Source: an uncultured Acidimicrobiia bacterium (GTDB lineage: Bacteria > Acidobacteriota > Terriglobia > Versatilivoradales > Versatilivoraceae). From it: a stretch of DNA of 64,000 nt. Shown piece by piece: positions 11,998-22,288 of this stretch (the stretch's first letter is position 1; the number at the start of each line of letters is the position of its first letter). Made by a program: the position numbers and the translations under genes. Below the pieces are notes generated by a model. It saw only the letters and a program-made list of their open reading frames with translations, did no database searches and had not been told where the DNA came from. The stretch spans positions 64,001 through 128,000 of the forward strand of contig CAWBAT010000009.1 of the NCBI GenBank assembly GCA_963786955.1. The letters are read 5' to 3'.

Positions 11998-12230
11998 AGA
12001 TTACTGAATTGCAAAAAACAACACGAAAGTTGCTGGAGGCCGAGGCATGCATGCCCCTTGGCTCAAAGTCTGCGGTCCATAGTTAAAGATCGATCGGCCG
12101 GGGTAGAGGGCTCAAATCCCCACTTCAAGTTCAACGATCGGAAGCCTCACCCGCGAGCGTTCAGCTACCGGAAGCCGACCTTTCGATGCGCGTAGATCGA
12201 TGCTGGAATCTAACGGCTGAGATAAGAATC

Positions 12231-13853
12231 CTATACCTTGACCGTTTCTCGCAGAACCAGAAAAGCATTTGATATCGAGTCCATAATATCCCCGGCGATT
12301 AAAGAATGCTGACCGACTCGAACTGCTGCCAAGTCCCCAGCATTTCCATGAAGATATACTCCCAGTGTAATCATCTCTTCCAGGCAATCTCTGGCCGCGT
12401 CGTCACCCTCCGGTAATTGTATTCCCTGACCGATCAACCCCGCCAGGATGCCTGTCAAGACGTCGCCAGAACCTCCCGTTGCCATGCCAGGGTTACCCGA
12501 CAAGTTGACATAGACCTGTCCGGAAGGAGCAGCATAAACCGTGCGGTGACCTTTCAAAACGAGATGGACGTGATGGTCTATGGAGAATTGCCGCGAAATC
12601 TTTATCCGGCTCGCCAGAACCTCCGAAGTGGTTCTTCCAATCAATCGGGCAAACTCACCGGGATGTGGGGTGAGGATGAGCTTGCGAGCTTCTCCATTCA
12701 ATAGCTCATCACATCCCGCGAATGCATTGATTCCATCCGCATCGAGCACAACGGGAAGAGTCGTTTCTTTGAGGAGTCTTCGAACGAAGTCTTTTGTCTC
12801 AGGGTCCGTTCCAATCCCAGGTCCCAGCGCAAGCACATCCTTCCCTTTGAGTAGCTCAGAAATCCTCCCATAATCATACGCCTTTATTGATATGCCTCCC
12901 GACTCAGTGGCTTCGAGGGGCTCCGTCATGACTTCTGCCGATTGTGCTGCCACAATGGGAAGGCAGGGAGCAGGGGTAGCCAAGGTGACCAATCCGGCCC
13001 CGGCCAGCAGCGCGGACTTCGCAGCCATGACCGCAGCTCCCGTCTTTCCTAAAGATCCGGCGATCACTAAAACATGCCCGAAATTCCCCTTATGCGATTC
13101 TGGCGAACGAACTATTTTTGTCAAATGTTGTGCAGCTTCTTGGGAAGAGACCGCATTCAGCCAGTACCTTGGCTCCTCCAGCAGTTCAGCGGGAGAACCA
13201 ATCGGAACAACGACCCACTTCCCTACACAAGCCGCTCCGGGATAAAGGATGTGTGGGATTTTAGGAGCCGTGAAGGTGACCGTTAATTCGGCATGGGGCG
13301 CCATCGCAATCTGGCGTTCCTGGTCAATCTCCTCACAATCCAGTCCGGAAGGTATATCGATGGCAACCACTCTCGGAAATGATTGAAAGCTCCGAATGAC
13401 TTCAGAAAATGAAGAACTTACCGGCAAACGCGCCCCCGTTCCCAACAAACCATCAATGACGAGGTCGGTTCCCAAGTCCCGGAGTAGCCCACCTAATTCC
13501 TCCGCAGTACAAGCCACTTCTGACACGAATCGAACAGGAAGATTCAACTTCTGTAGTATCTCTAGGTTGATCCGGGCATCACCTTTGATGTCGGCCGGAT
13601 TTGCAAATAAGAGTACGGCCGGCCGGCACCCCCTCATCATTAGATGACGCGCGGCAACCAATCCGTCTCCTCCGTTGTTCCCTTTTCCACAGAAAATGGC
13701 AATTTTAAATTGGCTTAGATCGGCGTAATGAGACTGCATCGCCTCTACAACGCTTCGGCCCGCATTTTCCATTAACAGAATGCTTGGGATGCCGTAGCGT
13801 TCCGTTGTCTGACGATCCACGTCGCGCATTTGTGAAGCAGTCAAAATCTTCAT
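12231..13853 (-). CDS. nnr: Bifunctional NAD(P)H-hydrate epimerase/dehydratase
   Basis: LMENAG, GKGNNGGDG, DIPSG, TPHPGE and GGSGDVLTG. Confidence 0.95.
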   Translation of the reverse strand: MKILTASQMRDVDRQTTERYGIPSILLMENAGRSVVEAMQSHYADLSQFKIAIFCGKGNNGGDGLVAARHLMMRGCRPAVLLFANPADIKGDARINLEILQKLNLPVRFVSEVACTAEELGGLLRDLGTDLVIDGLLGTGARLPVSSSFSEVIRSFQSFPRVVAIDIPSGLDCEEIDQERQIAMAPHAELTVTFTAPKIPHILYPGAACVGKWVVVPIGSPAELLEEPRYWLNAVSSQEAAQHLTKIVRSPESHKGNFGHVLVIAGSLGKTGAAVMAAKSALLAGAGLVTLATPAPCLPIVAAQSAEVMTEPLEATESGGISIKAYDYGRISELLKGKDVLALGPGIGTDPETKDFVRRLLKETTLPVVLDADGINAFAGCDELLNGEARKLILTPHPGEFARLIGRTTSEVLASRIKISRQFSIDHHVHLVLKGHRTVYAAPSGQVYVNLSGNPGMATGGSGDVLTGILAGLIGQGIQLPEGDDAARDCLEEMITLGVYLHGNAGDLAAVRVGQHSLIAGDIMDSISNAFLVLRETVKV

Positions 13854-14081
13854 ATCCTCTTCACCCCCAAACTTCAATAAAGGGGTATTCCTTTGAGCAA
13901 ACCCCCACAAAATCCAATCTAAGCGGTTGACAAACTCGGCGTCAAGACAAATTGACGCTCATGCGGTCTATATGCCCTTGCCAACCCAAAAGGAAATCTC
14001 TAACTTGGCAAAGAGCCATTGACGATCTTAGATAGCAGATTCAGACAAATTCTAGCCATGGTTAGCGGTGGGTTCGGCAGC

Positions 14082-14147
14082 GTGAAAGTTTCACATTTGC
14101 TAAAACAGTGAGAGCGTATTGACAAGGCCCTGGGAGTGACTTACAGT
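14082..14147 (+). promoter_or_regulatory. Sigma70-type promoter with an upstream palindromic operator candidate
   Basis: GTGAAAGTTTCAC palindrome at 14082-14094; TTGACA (14119)-17 bp-TACAGT (14142). Confidence 0.5.
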
Positions 14148-14237
14148 TTAACTGAGGGGTAAGAAGTCGATTTTGAATGTACTCTTGAGGACCGAAAACG
14201 AGTCCGGCTTTGATTGCCTGCGTCCCGGAAATGATTT

Positions 14238-14510
14238 ATGCAGAACATGAGATTCTATATATCCATTCTTATTGGCCTAGCCATTTTCATTGTTGTGGCG
14301 CTTGCTTTGCTTCAACGCAAGAGAAGACATCCCCAATTGCCCCGGGTCAGCAAGAAGGAACAGGCGACCCTAGAGGAATTCCATTGCATCAAGAGTTCGA
14401 TGAAAAAGGTGAATGAAAACATTTTCATCGGCCAGCTCGTTTACACAAACCGTCTGGATGTCACTCTCAACGCACAGTCAAAAGTCCCACGAGAAATTTC
14501 TGAAGACTAA
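14238..14510 (+). CDS. Hypothetical protein with an N-terminal TM helix
   Basis: Hydrophobic stretch FYISILIGLAIFIVVALALL followed by QRKRR. Confidence 0.55.
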   Translation: MQNMRFYISILIGLAIFIVVALALLQRKRRHPQLPRVSKKEQATLEEFHCIKSSMKKVNENIFIGQLVYTNRLDVTLNAQSKVPREISED

Positions 14511-14565
14511 GCATTCCTCTTCATCAATACGGTGACGCATCTTTGGATAGACGCTGCGCGCGGTT

Positions 14566-14620
14566 GGGTTTTTGAGAAAACCCCCATCCTACAAAGTTGT
14601 AGGACGGGTCACCGACCCGG
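14566..14620. repeat. Divergent pair of GTAG-type REP elements
   Basis: GGGTTTT-TGAG-AAAACCC...CCTACA, then TGTAGGA-CGGGTC-ACC-GACCCG. Confidence 0.6.
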
Positions 14621-14721
14621 CGTTCATGCCACCCGGATTGAGGAAGCGCATTACTAACGATGGGAATGGCACCTTTTCCGCAGAACATTGCGAATCGGCT
14701 GCCGCTAGAAACCTTCTTTGT

Positions 14722-15603
14722 TCAGCTGAAATATTGCTTCATCTTCGCACGCAGAAACGTTACGGATTGGCGCATCTCGTCCATTCCGTTGATGCCGTCC
14801 TCGATTGAAATCCAGCCATTAAATCCCGCGCTTTGTAGGATTGAAAAAATCTTGTCGTAGTCATTTAGCCCTTTGCCAATGACCCCATGTCTTAGAGTTT
14901 TCGCGTACCCTGCAAAACCATCCTGGGTCTTCAAGTCTTCGAGGGTTCCGCTCTCCAGGTAGCGGTCTGACGCATGCATTGTGAGAACGCGATGCTTAAC
15001 AGCCTTAAGTAAGGCAATCGGATCTTCTCCGGCTATGATGGCATTCGACGGGTCGTAATTCACGCCGAACCAGGGCGAGTTGATCTGATTCACAATTTCA
15101 AGGAATATTTCCCGTTTGATCGCAAACTCAGGGTACAGCCAGTAGTTATCCTTGTAATGGTTTTCCATGATCAAGACAATCCCCTTCTTGGCAGCATGAT
15201 CCAAACACTGCGTAATACAGTCAACAACCCAGTTGATTCCATCCTGGCGGGAAAGGTCTGGATAGCCCTGCCCCGACAAGACCCGGCAATACTTGCCGCC
15301 TAGCTCGGCAGTCAGATCGACCATGGCGTTTTGCTTCTTGATTTCTCCGCGACGTTCTTCCGAATCGGGATTCGTAAAATTCGGAGAATAGCACATCATC
15401 GGCATCTCCAGTTTCTTCTCCTGGAGGCTGCGCTTCACTTTAATGAGATCCTCACGGCTGAGAGAATCCACGAACCCGGAGTAGAATTCGAGGCCATCGA
15501 CGTCCAGGGTTGAAGCCATATCTATCCACTGGAAGATCGTCATTGTATGATCCACGCAGAGTTGATCCATGTAGCATTTCGGAAAAGCCGCCAGTTTAGC
15601 CAT
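14722..15603 (-). CDS. Sugar phosphate isomerase/epimerase (TIM barrel)
   Basis: MENH, YDPSN, MHASD and ISIE metal-ligand pattern. Confidence 0.88.
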   Translation of the reverse strand: MAKLAAFPKCYMDQLCVDHTMTIFQWIDMASTLDVDGLEFYSGFVDSLSREDLIKVKRSLQEKKLEMPMMCYSPNFTNPDSEERRGEIKKQNAMVDLTAELGGKYCRVLSGQGYPDLSRQDGINWVVDCITQCLDHAAKKGIVLIMENHYKDNYWLYPEFAIKREIFLEIVNQINSPWFGVNYDPSNAIIAGEDPIALLKAVKHRVLTMHASDRYLESGTLEDLKTQDGFAGYAKTLRHGVIGKGLNDYDKIFSILQSAGFNGWISIEDGINGMDEMRQSVTFLRAKMKQYFS

Positions 15604-15714
15604 GACGCTCCTTCTTTCTATTTAAATATGATGTGGTTGTTTGGGATGATTTCTATTTCTGAAACGAAATACGGTGTGAGTCAAAAGAAGACCTGTCGGC
15701 AATTAACTAGACAC

Positions 15715-15797
15715 AAAAAAAGGCAACTGATAAATGTTCCAGAAGGATTGGGTACTGTCAGGGCTAGAGCTCTGACGACTCATTTATCAATTGCCTT
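15715..15797 (-). terminator. Long hairpin plus T7 tract downstream of tRNA-Gly, probable terminator
   Basis: AAGGCAACTGATAAATG (15720-15736) / CATTTATCAATTGCCTT (15781-15797), 16 of 17 complementary, followed by a T7 run on the minus strand. Confidence 0.5.
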
Positions 15798-15832
15798 ATC
15801 GTGGGCTCTTTCGAGCCGAAAATTCAGGTAAG

Positions 15833-15907
<75 letters not shown>

Positions 15908-16179
15908 ATTCCAACAAAAATATAGTTCTGCCCAAGGGTTGATGTCAAACAAATTTTGGATAGGATATCCCCATCACTCAGGTCAACAGAATCTTTTCCC
16001 CTCATGCTTCCGAGGGAATCCTCTCCCCTCCGATTCTCCCAGGGAAGCGGCGGATCTCTTCTTCCTTCCTTCTGACCTTAAAGGAAAGGGCTTGACATCA
16101 GGTTAAAACCTGTTTCATCGTAGCGGCCGTCATTGGGATCCATTCCAGGACGACTGTCATTCATTGGAGAGGACACCTT

Positions 16180-17535
16180 ATGGATACTCTGAAATATCTG
16201 CTTCATGAAGATCGTATCCCGAAGTTCTGGTACAACATCTTGGCAGATTTGCCCGGTCCGATGGCGCCGGTATTGCATCCCGGAACGCTGAAACCCATCA
16301 CACCGGATGATCTCCTAACCCTGTTCCCCATGGACCTTATCCTCCAAGAAGTGAGTCTGGAACGTGAAATTGAAATTCCGGAAGAAGTGCGGCGAGTGTA
16401 TCGGCATTGGAGACCGGCGCCTCTCTATCGGGCGCGTCGACTGGAGAAGGCTCTCGATACGCCCGCTCGCATCTACTACAAATATGAAGGCGTCAGCCCG
16501 GTGGGCTCACATAAACCCAATACGGCAGTCCCTCAGGCTTACTACAACAAGATCGCCGGGACCACGCGGTTGACGACCGAGACCGGCGCCGGGCAATGGG
16601 GATCGGCCCTGGCCATGGCCTGTTCCTTCTTTGGATTGGAATGTAAAGTCTATATGGTGCGGGTCAGTTATAATCAGAAGCCGTATCGTCGGGCCCTCAT
16701 GGAAACTTTCGGGGCCGAGGTCGTTGCCAGTCCGAGCCTGGAAACCGCGGCTGGCCGGGCCATTCTGAAAGAGACCCCAAACTCTACCGGCTCACTCGGC
16801 ATTGCCATTTCCGAAGCCGTCGAAGTGGCGGCGCAAAACCCCGAGATTCACTATGCGCTAGGAAGCGTCTTAAATCATGTTCTGCTTCATCAAACGATCA
16901 TTGGGCTGGAAGCTCTCGAACAAATGGAAATGGCGGATGATTATCCTGATGTCATCGTGGGTTGTACAGGGGGCGGTTCCAATTTCAGCGGCATTGCTTT
17001 TCCGTTCATTGGCAAGAAACTGCGGGGAGAAAGAAATGTGCGTGTGATTGCAGTCGAACCAACCGCTTGTCCAAGCCTCACGAAAGGCCGTTTTGCCTAT
17101 GATTTCGGAGACACAGCACACCTGACTCCTCTCGTAAAAATGCATACCTTGGGAAGTACGTTCATCCCTCCTGGTATTCATGCCGGAGGTTTGCGTTACC
17201 ATGGAATGGCTCCATTGGTAAGTCATCTGCTCGACCTTGGGGTCATCGAAGCGACGGCGGTCGAACAGCTCGACGCCTTCGCCGCCGGCCTAAAGTTTGC
17301 CCGGGCTGAAGCCATTCTCCCGGCTCCCGAGGCGAATCATGCCGTGGCTACAACAATTCAGGAAGCTTTGCGCTGCAAGCAAGAAGGGAAGGGTCGAACC
17401 ATCTTGTTCAACCTGTGCGGTCACGGTCACTTCGATATGCAGTCTTACATCGACTATGCTGCTGGCAAACTACAGAACTACGCCTACCCAGATCAGGAAA
17501 TCGCGATGGCCCTGGCTGGGTTACCCGCTGTTTGA
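16180..17535 (+). CDS. trpB: TrpB-like PLP enzyme (TrpB2 type)
   Basis: [20 protein letters not shown] and LCGHGHFD. Stand-alone, no trpA adjacent. Confidence 0.92.
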   Translation: MDTLKYLLHEDRIPKFWYNILADLPGPMAPVLHPGTLKPITPDDLLTLFPMDLILQEVSLEREIEIPEEVRRVYRHWRPAPLYRARRLEKALDTPARIYYKYEGVSPVGSHKPNTAVPQAYYNKIAGTTRLTTETGAGQWGSALAMACSFFGLECKVYMVRVSYNQKPYRRALMETFGAEVVASPSLETAAGRAILKETPNSTGSLGIAISEAVEVAAQNPEIHYALGSVLNHVLLHQTIIGLEALEQMEMADDYPDVIVGCTGGGSNFSGIAFPFIGKKLRGERNVRVIAVEPTACPSLTKGRFAYDFGDTAHLTPLVKMHTLGSTFIPPGIHAGGLRYHGMAPLVSHLLDLGVIEATAVEQLDAFAAGLKFARAEAILPAPEANHAVATTIQEALRCKQEGKGRTILFNLCGHGHFDMQSYIDYAAGKLQNYAYPDQEIAMALAGLPAV

Positions 17536-17586
17536 ATAAAGGGTTGCGGGTCGTCCCGGAGAGTCTGATTCAAGGAAACGCCTGTT

Positions 17587-18621
17587 TCACTCACTTACCA
17601 ACTTGGCTTGTTTGGTGTCAATAGGCGATCGAGCTTCTCGAAGAAACTTGGCGGAATCTTCTGGAGGAACCGGATTGATATAGAATCCGCTCCCCCATTC
17701 GAATCCGGCAATCTTAGAAAGCTTTGGCATGATCTCGATATGCCAATGGTAGAAGTTTTTGACAGGGTCCGTGAAGGGTGAGGTGTGGATGACAAGGTTA
17801 TAGGCGGGCTGGTTGAGAACCAGATCAATTCTCTGAAGTGTCGTCTTCAGGATACGCGCCAAATTCTCATATTCGAGTTTTTGTGCATCCTCAAAGCAAG
17901 CATCGTGGGTCTTGGGTAGGATCCACGTTTCAAAAGTAAAGCGCGGAGCATAGGGAGCGATCACCACAAAGTCCTGATTTTCATCGATCACACGATCCCC
18001 TGAGTTTAATTCCTGGCGGATAATGTCGCAATAGACGCAACGCTCCTTGAAGGCGTAATGAATTTTGCTGCCTTCAATTTCTTCCCGCACGAGGTTCGGA
18101 ACAATCGGAAGCGCGATGAGTTGAGAGTGCGAGTGCTCGAGTGACGCTCCCGCATCCACGCCGTGATTCTTGAAGATCAAGATATAACGGAGTCGCTTGT
18201 CCTTCTTAAGATCAAGCATGCGGTCCCGGAACGCCCACAAAACATCTTGAACGGCTTGCTCCCCCAGGGTAGCCAGTTGCGCATTATGATCGGGTGTTTC
18301 AATAATGACTTCGTGAGCTCCCACACCGTCCATTTTGTCAAAGATCCCTTCTCCCTGACGGTTCAAATTCCCCTCAACCCGGAGAGCTGGAAATTTATTG
18401 GGAACCACGCGTAGCATCCATCCGGGCGCATCCCGCTGACTCCCATCTCTACGATAACTGAGAATTTCAGGCGGCGTATTGTTTTCATTTCCGTAACAAA
18501 AAGGACAGAATCCTCCCTTGATATGAACCGCCGTACCGGGGAAGTCCGTTGGACGCTTGCCGCGATCCGTCGCGATAATGACCCAGCGTCCAGTGATGGG
18601 ATCTTTCCTAAATTCCGACAA
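17587..18621 (-). CDS. galT: Galactose-1-phosphate uridylyltransferase
   Basis: CPFC, VPNKFPAL and GASLEHSHSQ. TTG start with GGAGG. Confidence 0.93.
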   Translation of the reverse strand: MSEFRKDPITGRWVIIATDRGKRPTDFPGTAVHIKGGFCPFCYGNENNTPPEILSYRRDGSQRDAPGWMLRVVPNKFPALRVEGNLNRQGEGIFDKMDGVGAHEVIIETPDHNAQLATLGEQAVQDVLWAFRDRMLDLKKDKRLRYILIFKNHGVDAGASLEHSHSQLIALPIVPNLVREEIEGSKIHYAFKERCVYCDIIRQELNSGDRVIDENQDFVVIAPYAPRFTFETWILPKTHDACFEDAQKLEYENLARILKTTLQRIDLVLNQPAYNLVIHTSPFTDPVKNFYHWHIEIMPKLSKIAGFEWGSGFYINPVPPEDSAKFLREARSPIDTKQAKLVSE

Positions 18622-18622
18622 A

Positions 18623-19093
18623 TTAGCCTCCTGAGCCGGGTAGAGGATCCTTAAAGGCATCCTTCAGGATCTCGATCCTTTCCTTTCCAGGGCTCCCTTG
18701 AATGCTCACGATGTCAAAGCGGTAGTTTATATCATGAAGGTGATGGCGCCTTCTATACTCTTTTGCAACATGAGCGATCTGCCGCCGCTTGGCAAGATTC
18801 ACGGCATCTTGTGGCAACCCGTGATCAGAATTGCTGCGTAATTTGACCTCAATAAATACCAGGATACTTTTCTCCCAGCCGATCAGATCGATCTCCCCGT
18901 AATGCTTCCGGTAATTCCGCGCCACAATCCGGTAACCGTTTTTTCTTAAGCAGAGATAGGCCAGCTGCTCCCCGGTCTTTCCCCGTTTCAAATGAGACGC
19001 CATCTCAGGGGCAGACTTGAATGCGCCCCCGACCACACGCCATAGTGACGCAAACTGTTGCATGAAATCAGAGAGTAGCTCACGAATTCTCAC
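18623..19093 (-). CDS. YraN family nuclease (start uncertain)
   Basis: GEQLA, RNYR, GEIDLI, FIEVK and RFDIV. Confidence 0.9.
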   Translation of the reverse strand: MRIRELLSDFMQQFASLWRVVGGAFKSAPEMASHLKRGKTGEQLAYLCLRKNGYRIVARNYRKHYGEIDLIGWEKSILVFIEVKLRSNSDHGLPQDAVNLAKRRQIAHVAKEYRRRHHLHDINYRFDIVSIQGSPGKERIEILKDAFKDPLPGSGG

Positions 19094-19139
19094 AGCAATT
19101 AGCCCCCTTCCCTCTCCGCCTGCGGATCATCAATCAGGG

Positions 19140-20483
19140 TTACGATGCTTCCTTCTCAATTTCGGAAAAGACCTCGTCAAGAATTTCCAGCGCAACTTCA
19201 GCTTGCTCCCGATTCACAATGAGCGGCGGCATCAGTCGCAGACTGTTCTCTCCACAGCCCAGGATCAAAAGCCCTTTTTTGAAACATTTTTGTACGGCTG
19301 TGTCCCTCCAATCTCCAGCCCTTATTTTAGTGTGCCTGTCTTTGACCAATTCGATTCCAATCATCAAGCCCAGGCCACGGACATCCCCAATCATCAGGTG
19401 CCTGTCCGATAGGGTCCGCAAACCGGCAGTTAACATGGCGCCCATGTCCGCCGCATTCTGCATCAGTCCTTCCTCAAGCAAACGGATGGTTTCCAGTGCC
19501 GCCACACAGCTGATCGGGTTTCCGCCGAATGTAGAAGCATGGGACCCCGGCGACCAAGTCATGAGCCGGGAAGACGCCACGGTGGCCCCCAACGGGAGGC
19601 CTGATGCAATTCCTTTGGCAATCGCGATAATGTCAGGAACGACGCCGAAATGCTCAATGGCGAACATCTTGCCGGTTCGTCCCATGCCCGATTGAACTTC
19701 ATCAACAATAAGTAATATCCCGTATTTGTCGGCGGTCTTTCTTAAGTCCAACAGGAATTCCGAGGGCGGAACCACATACCCACCTTCTCCCTGAATGGGT
19801 TCGAAAACAATCGCAGCCACCTCCTCCGGCGCAACCACGGTTTTGAAAACTGTTTCTTCAAGCACCCGCATACACACAGCGCCACAGCCCTGAGTTCCCG
19901 ATCCATGCGGGCAGCGATAGGTTGAAGGAAACGGGATATGCGTGACCCCTTCCAAAAAAGGTCCGAACCTTTTCCGCTGAACCGGTTTGCTGGCTGTCAA
20001 GGAGAGAGCCCCATAGGTTCTTCCGTGAAACGCATTGTAAAAAGCAATAAATCGATGGCGACCCGTGACGTATCGAGCCAATTTCATTGCGGCTTCAATG
20101 GCTTCCGTGCCGGAGTTTCCGAAATACACTTTTTTGTCATGATCTCCTGGCGTAATTTCAGCCAGCTTCTGTGCGAGTTGTGAAAGCTGCGGATAATAGA
20201 AATCTGTTCCCGACATGTGAATCAACCGGGCAGCTTGTTCTTGGATCGCCTGAACAATTCGGGGATGGCAATGACCGGTTGCGCACACGGCAATTCCTGC
20301 TGAAAAATCCAGAAATTGGTTGCCATCCATGTCCGTGACACACATTCCCAGGGCTTCTCTTGCCACGAACGGATAGGGACGACTGTACGACGGGGAAACG
20401 TATTGACGGTCTTGATCCAGCACCATGCGAGACTTGGGGCCTGGCAATTCCGTTGTGATTTTAATCCATTGATTCTGGGTCAT
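19140..20483 (-). CDS. Class III PLP aminotransferase (acetylornithine/4-aminobutyrate type)
   Basis: FEPIQGEGG, DEVQSGMGRTG, AKGIASG and STFGGNP. Confidence 0.92.
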   Translation of the reverse strand: MTQNQWIKITTELPGPKSRMVLDQDRQYVSPSYSRPYPFVAREALGMCVTDMDGNQFLDFSAGIAVCATGHCHPRIVQAIQEQAARLIHMSGTDFYYPQLSQLAQKLAEITPGDHDKKVYFGNSGTEAIEAAMKLARYVTGRHRFIAFYNAFHGRTYGALSLTASKPVQRKRFGPFLEGVTHIPFPSTYRCPHGSGTQGCGAVCMRVLEETVFKTVVAPEEVAAIVFEPIQGEGGYVVPPSEFLLDLRKTADKYGILLIVDEVQSGMGRTGKMFAIEHFGVVPDIIAIAKGIASGLPLGATVASSRLMTWSPGSHASTFGGNPISCVAALETIRLLEEGLMQNAADMGAMLTAGLRTLSDRHLMIGDVRGLGLMIGIELVKDRHTKIRAGDWRDTAVQKCFKKGLLILGCGENSLRLMPPLIVNREQAEVALEILDEVFSEIEKEAS

Positions 20484-20637
20484 GGGGTTGTCCTTTCCGC
20501 AAGAAGCGATGTACTGGGGATGAACGGGAAAGGGAGGACAAGTTAAGAAGCGCGAAAAAGCGACGGGCGCTCGGAGGAGGGAAGCAAACAAGGCCAACAG
20601 GGTCGGAGCAACTCCGTCTTAACGGGTTTCATCGGGG

Positions 20638-22029
20638 TCAACTCTTTTTCCATCGAACACCATCCTTGGTATCTTCAATGATATACCCCATTTCCAAAAT
20701 CTGATCACGAATCTTGTCCGCCAGTGCATAGTTTCTGGCTCCCCGCGCCTGGTTGCGATCTTCGATGAGCTGTCGAATTTTCTCGTCGGGAGTCCCTTCC
20801 TGCGGCCGCCACAGGACCAGAACCTCATTGATTCGATGCATGACACTTAACGCTGCGGAACGATCATCCTCACCAATCGCGCCCTCCGCCCCCGCTGTAT
20901 TGAGGTCTCGGACCCAATCGAAAATGGCGGCCAACGCCTGGGCGGTGTTGAGATCGTCGTCCATGGCTCGCTCGAATGACTCGAGCACGGATGCATTCAA
21001 TTCCTGGATCCTTGCATTTGAGCCAGGTTTCAGTTTGGCCGTCGTTAAGCCGAGCCGACAATCTTCCAATCGATCGAGGGAGCTCTCGGCCTGCCGTAGC
21101 AAATCGAAGCTGAAGTTCAACTGACGCTTGTAGGGAACACTCTGGAGTGCATAACGAACTTGCCAGGGGTCAATTCCCCGCCCCATCAGGTCCCGCAACG
21201 TGAAGAAGTTGCCCTTTGATTTCGCCATCTTCTCGCCATCAACAATTAAATGTTCTCCGTGTACCCAATATCTTACAAACGACTTCCCGCTAGCCCCCTC
21301 ACTTTGAGCAATTTCATTTTCATGATGGGGGAAAATCAAATCTACGGCCCCACAATGAATGTCGAAGCTTTCTCCTAGGTACTTCATACTCATCGCCGAG
21401 CATTCAATATGCCAACCGGGGCGTCCTGGGCCAAATGGAGATTCCCAAAAAGGCTCCCCATCGCGAGTGGATTTCCACAAAACGAAATCCCGAGCATCCT
21501 GCTTGTCGTATTCGTCCACATCGACTCGAGCACCAGCCAGGAGACCGGTTACATCGAGTTTCGATAACTTCCCATAGTCCCGAAACGAAGCAATCTTGAA
21601 GTAAACCGAACCATCCTTTTCATAGGTATGGCCATTTTCCTTCAGGCGCTGGATCAAGGTTAACATCTCTTGAATATGGTCGGTCGCGTGCGCTACCTTA
21701 TCGGGAACCTGAATGTTGAGTTGATCACAGTCTTCAAAAAAAGCCTGGGTGAAGCGATCGGTATATTCCCTGAGTTTCTTAGGCTCATCTGCGTGGGAAT
21801 TTCGAATCGTCTTGTCGTCGACATCGGTAATATTCATCACATGATAGACGGGGTACGCCTTATACCGAAGAAACCGCTTCAAGACGTCAATAAATATAAA
21901 GGTGCGGAAATTCCCGATATGGGCAAAATCATAAACGGTGGGTCCGCAACTGTACATCCGGACCTCGTCTTTTTGAAGCGGATGGAATTCTTCAACTTGT
22001 CCGGTCAGGGTGTTTGAAATTTTCATCAT
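20638..22029 (-). CDS. cysS: Cysteine--tRNA ligase
   Basis: CGPTVYD, HIGN, GRPGWHIECSAM and KMAKS. Confidence 0.98.
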   Translation of the reverse strand: MMKISNTLTGQVEEFHPLQKDEVRMYSCGPTVYDFAHIGNFRTFIFIDVLKRFLRYKAYPVYHVMNITDVDDKTIRNSHADEPKKLREYTDRFTQAFFEDCDQLNIQVPDKVAHATDHIQEMLTLIQRLKENGHTYEKDGSVYFKIASFRDYGKLSKLDVTGLLAGARVDVDEYDKQDARDFVLWKSTRDGEPFWESPFGPGRPGWHIECSAMSMKYLGESFDIHCGAVDLIFPHHENEIAQSEGASGKSFVRYWVHGEHLIVDGEKMAKSKGNFFTLRDLMGRGIDPWQVRYALQSVPYKRQLNFSFDLLRQAESSLDRLEDCRLGLTTAKLKPGSNARIQELNASVLESFERAMDDDLNTAQALAAIFDWVRDLNTAGAEGAIGEDDRSAALSVMHRINEVLVLWRPQEGTPDEKIRQLIEDRNQARGARNYALADKIRDQILEMGYIIEDTKDGVRWKKS

Positions 22030-22061
22030 GAGTCACTTTCCGTTTCTGCAGCTTCCCGCAG

Positions 22062-22090
22062 AGGATAGACTTCCATCCCCGAAAAGTCAA
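22062..22090 (-). promoter_or_regulatory. Sigma70-type promoter for cysS
   Basis: TTGACT-17 bp-TATCCT on the minus strand. Confidence 0.55.
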
Positions 22091-22112
22091 TATGGGTGGG
22101 CGTAGAGACAGA

Positions 22113-22150
22113 TTGACAAAACCATTTCTGCTAACTATAGTTTCAGTTAG
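22113..22150 (+). promoter_or_regulatory. Near-consensus sigma70 promoter with an overlapping palindrome
   Basis: TTGACA (22113)-17 bp-TATAGT (22136). CTAACT-N8-AGTTAG (22131-22150) overlaps the -10. Confidence 0.65.
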
Positions 22151-22288
22151 TATATTCAGACAAAGTGCATGAGGAACAAGGGCCACTTTGCGCGCTAAGC
22201 TCAATTCTCACACCCGTTAATCTATGATCGCTGCAACGAGCCGGTGAGACCCTCCCCTAGACTCGCCGCTGCTCGTATAGGACGTCGT

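Noticed and set aside
12095-12180. tRNA-Sec candidate (CTTCAA loop)
   Set aside because: I could not build a convincing anticodon stem, acceptor stem or T arm.
12516-12533. SRP RNA-like motif GTCCGGAAGGAGCAGC
   Set aside because: It lies antisense within the nnr coding sequence and lacks the flanking SRP helix.
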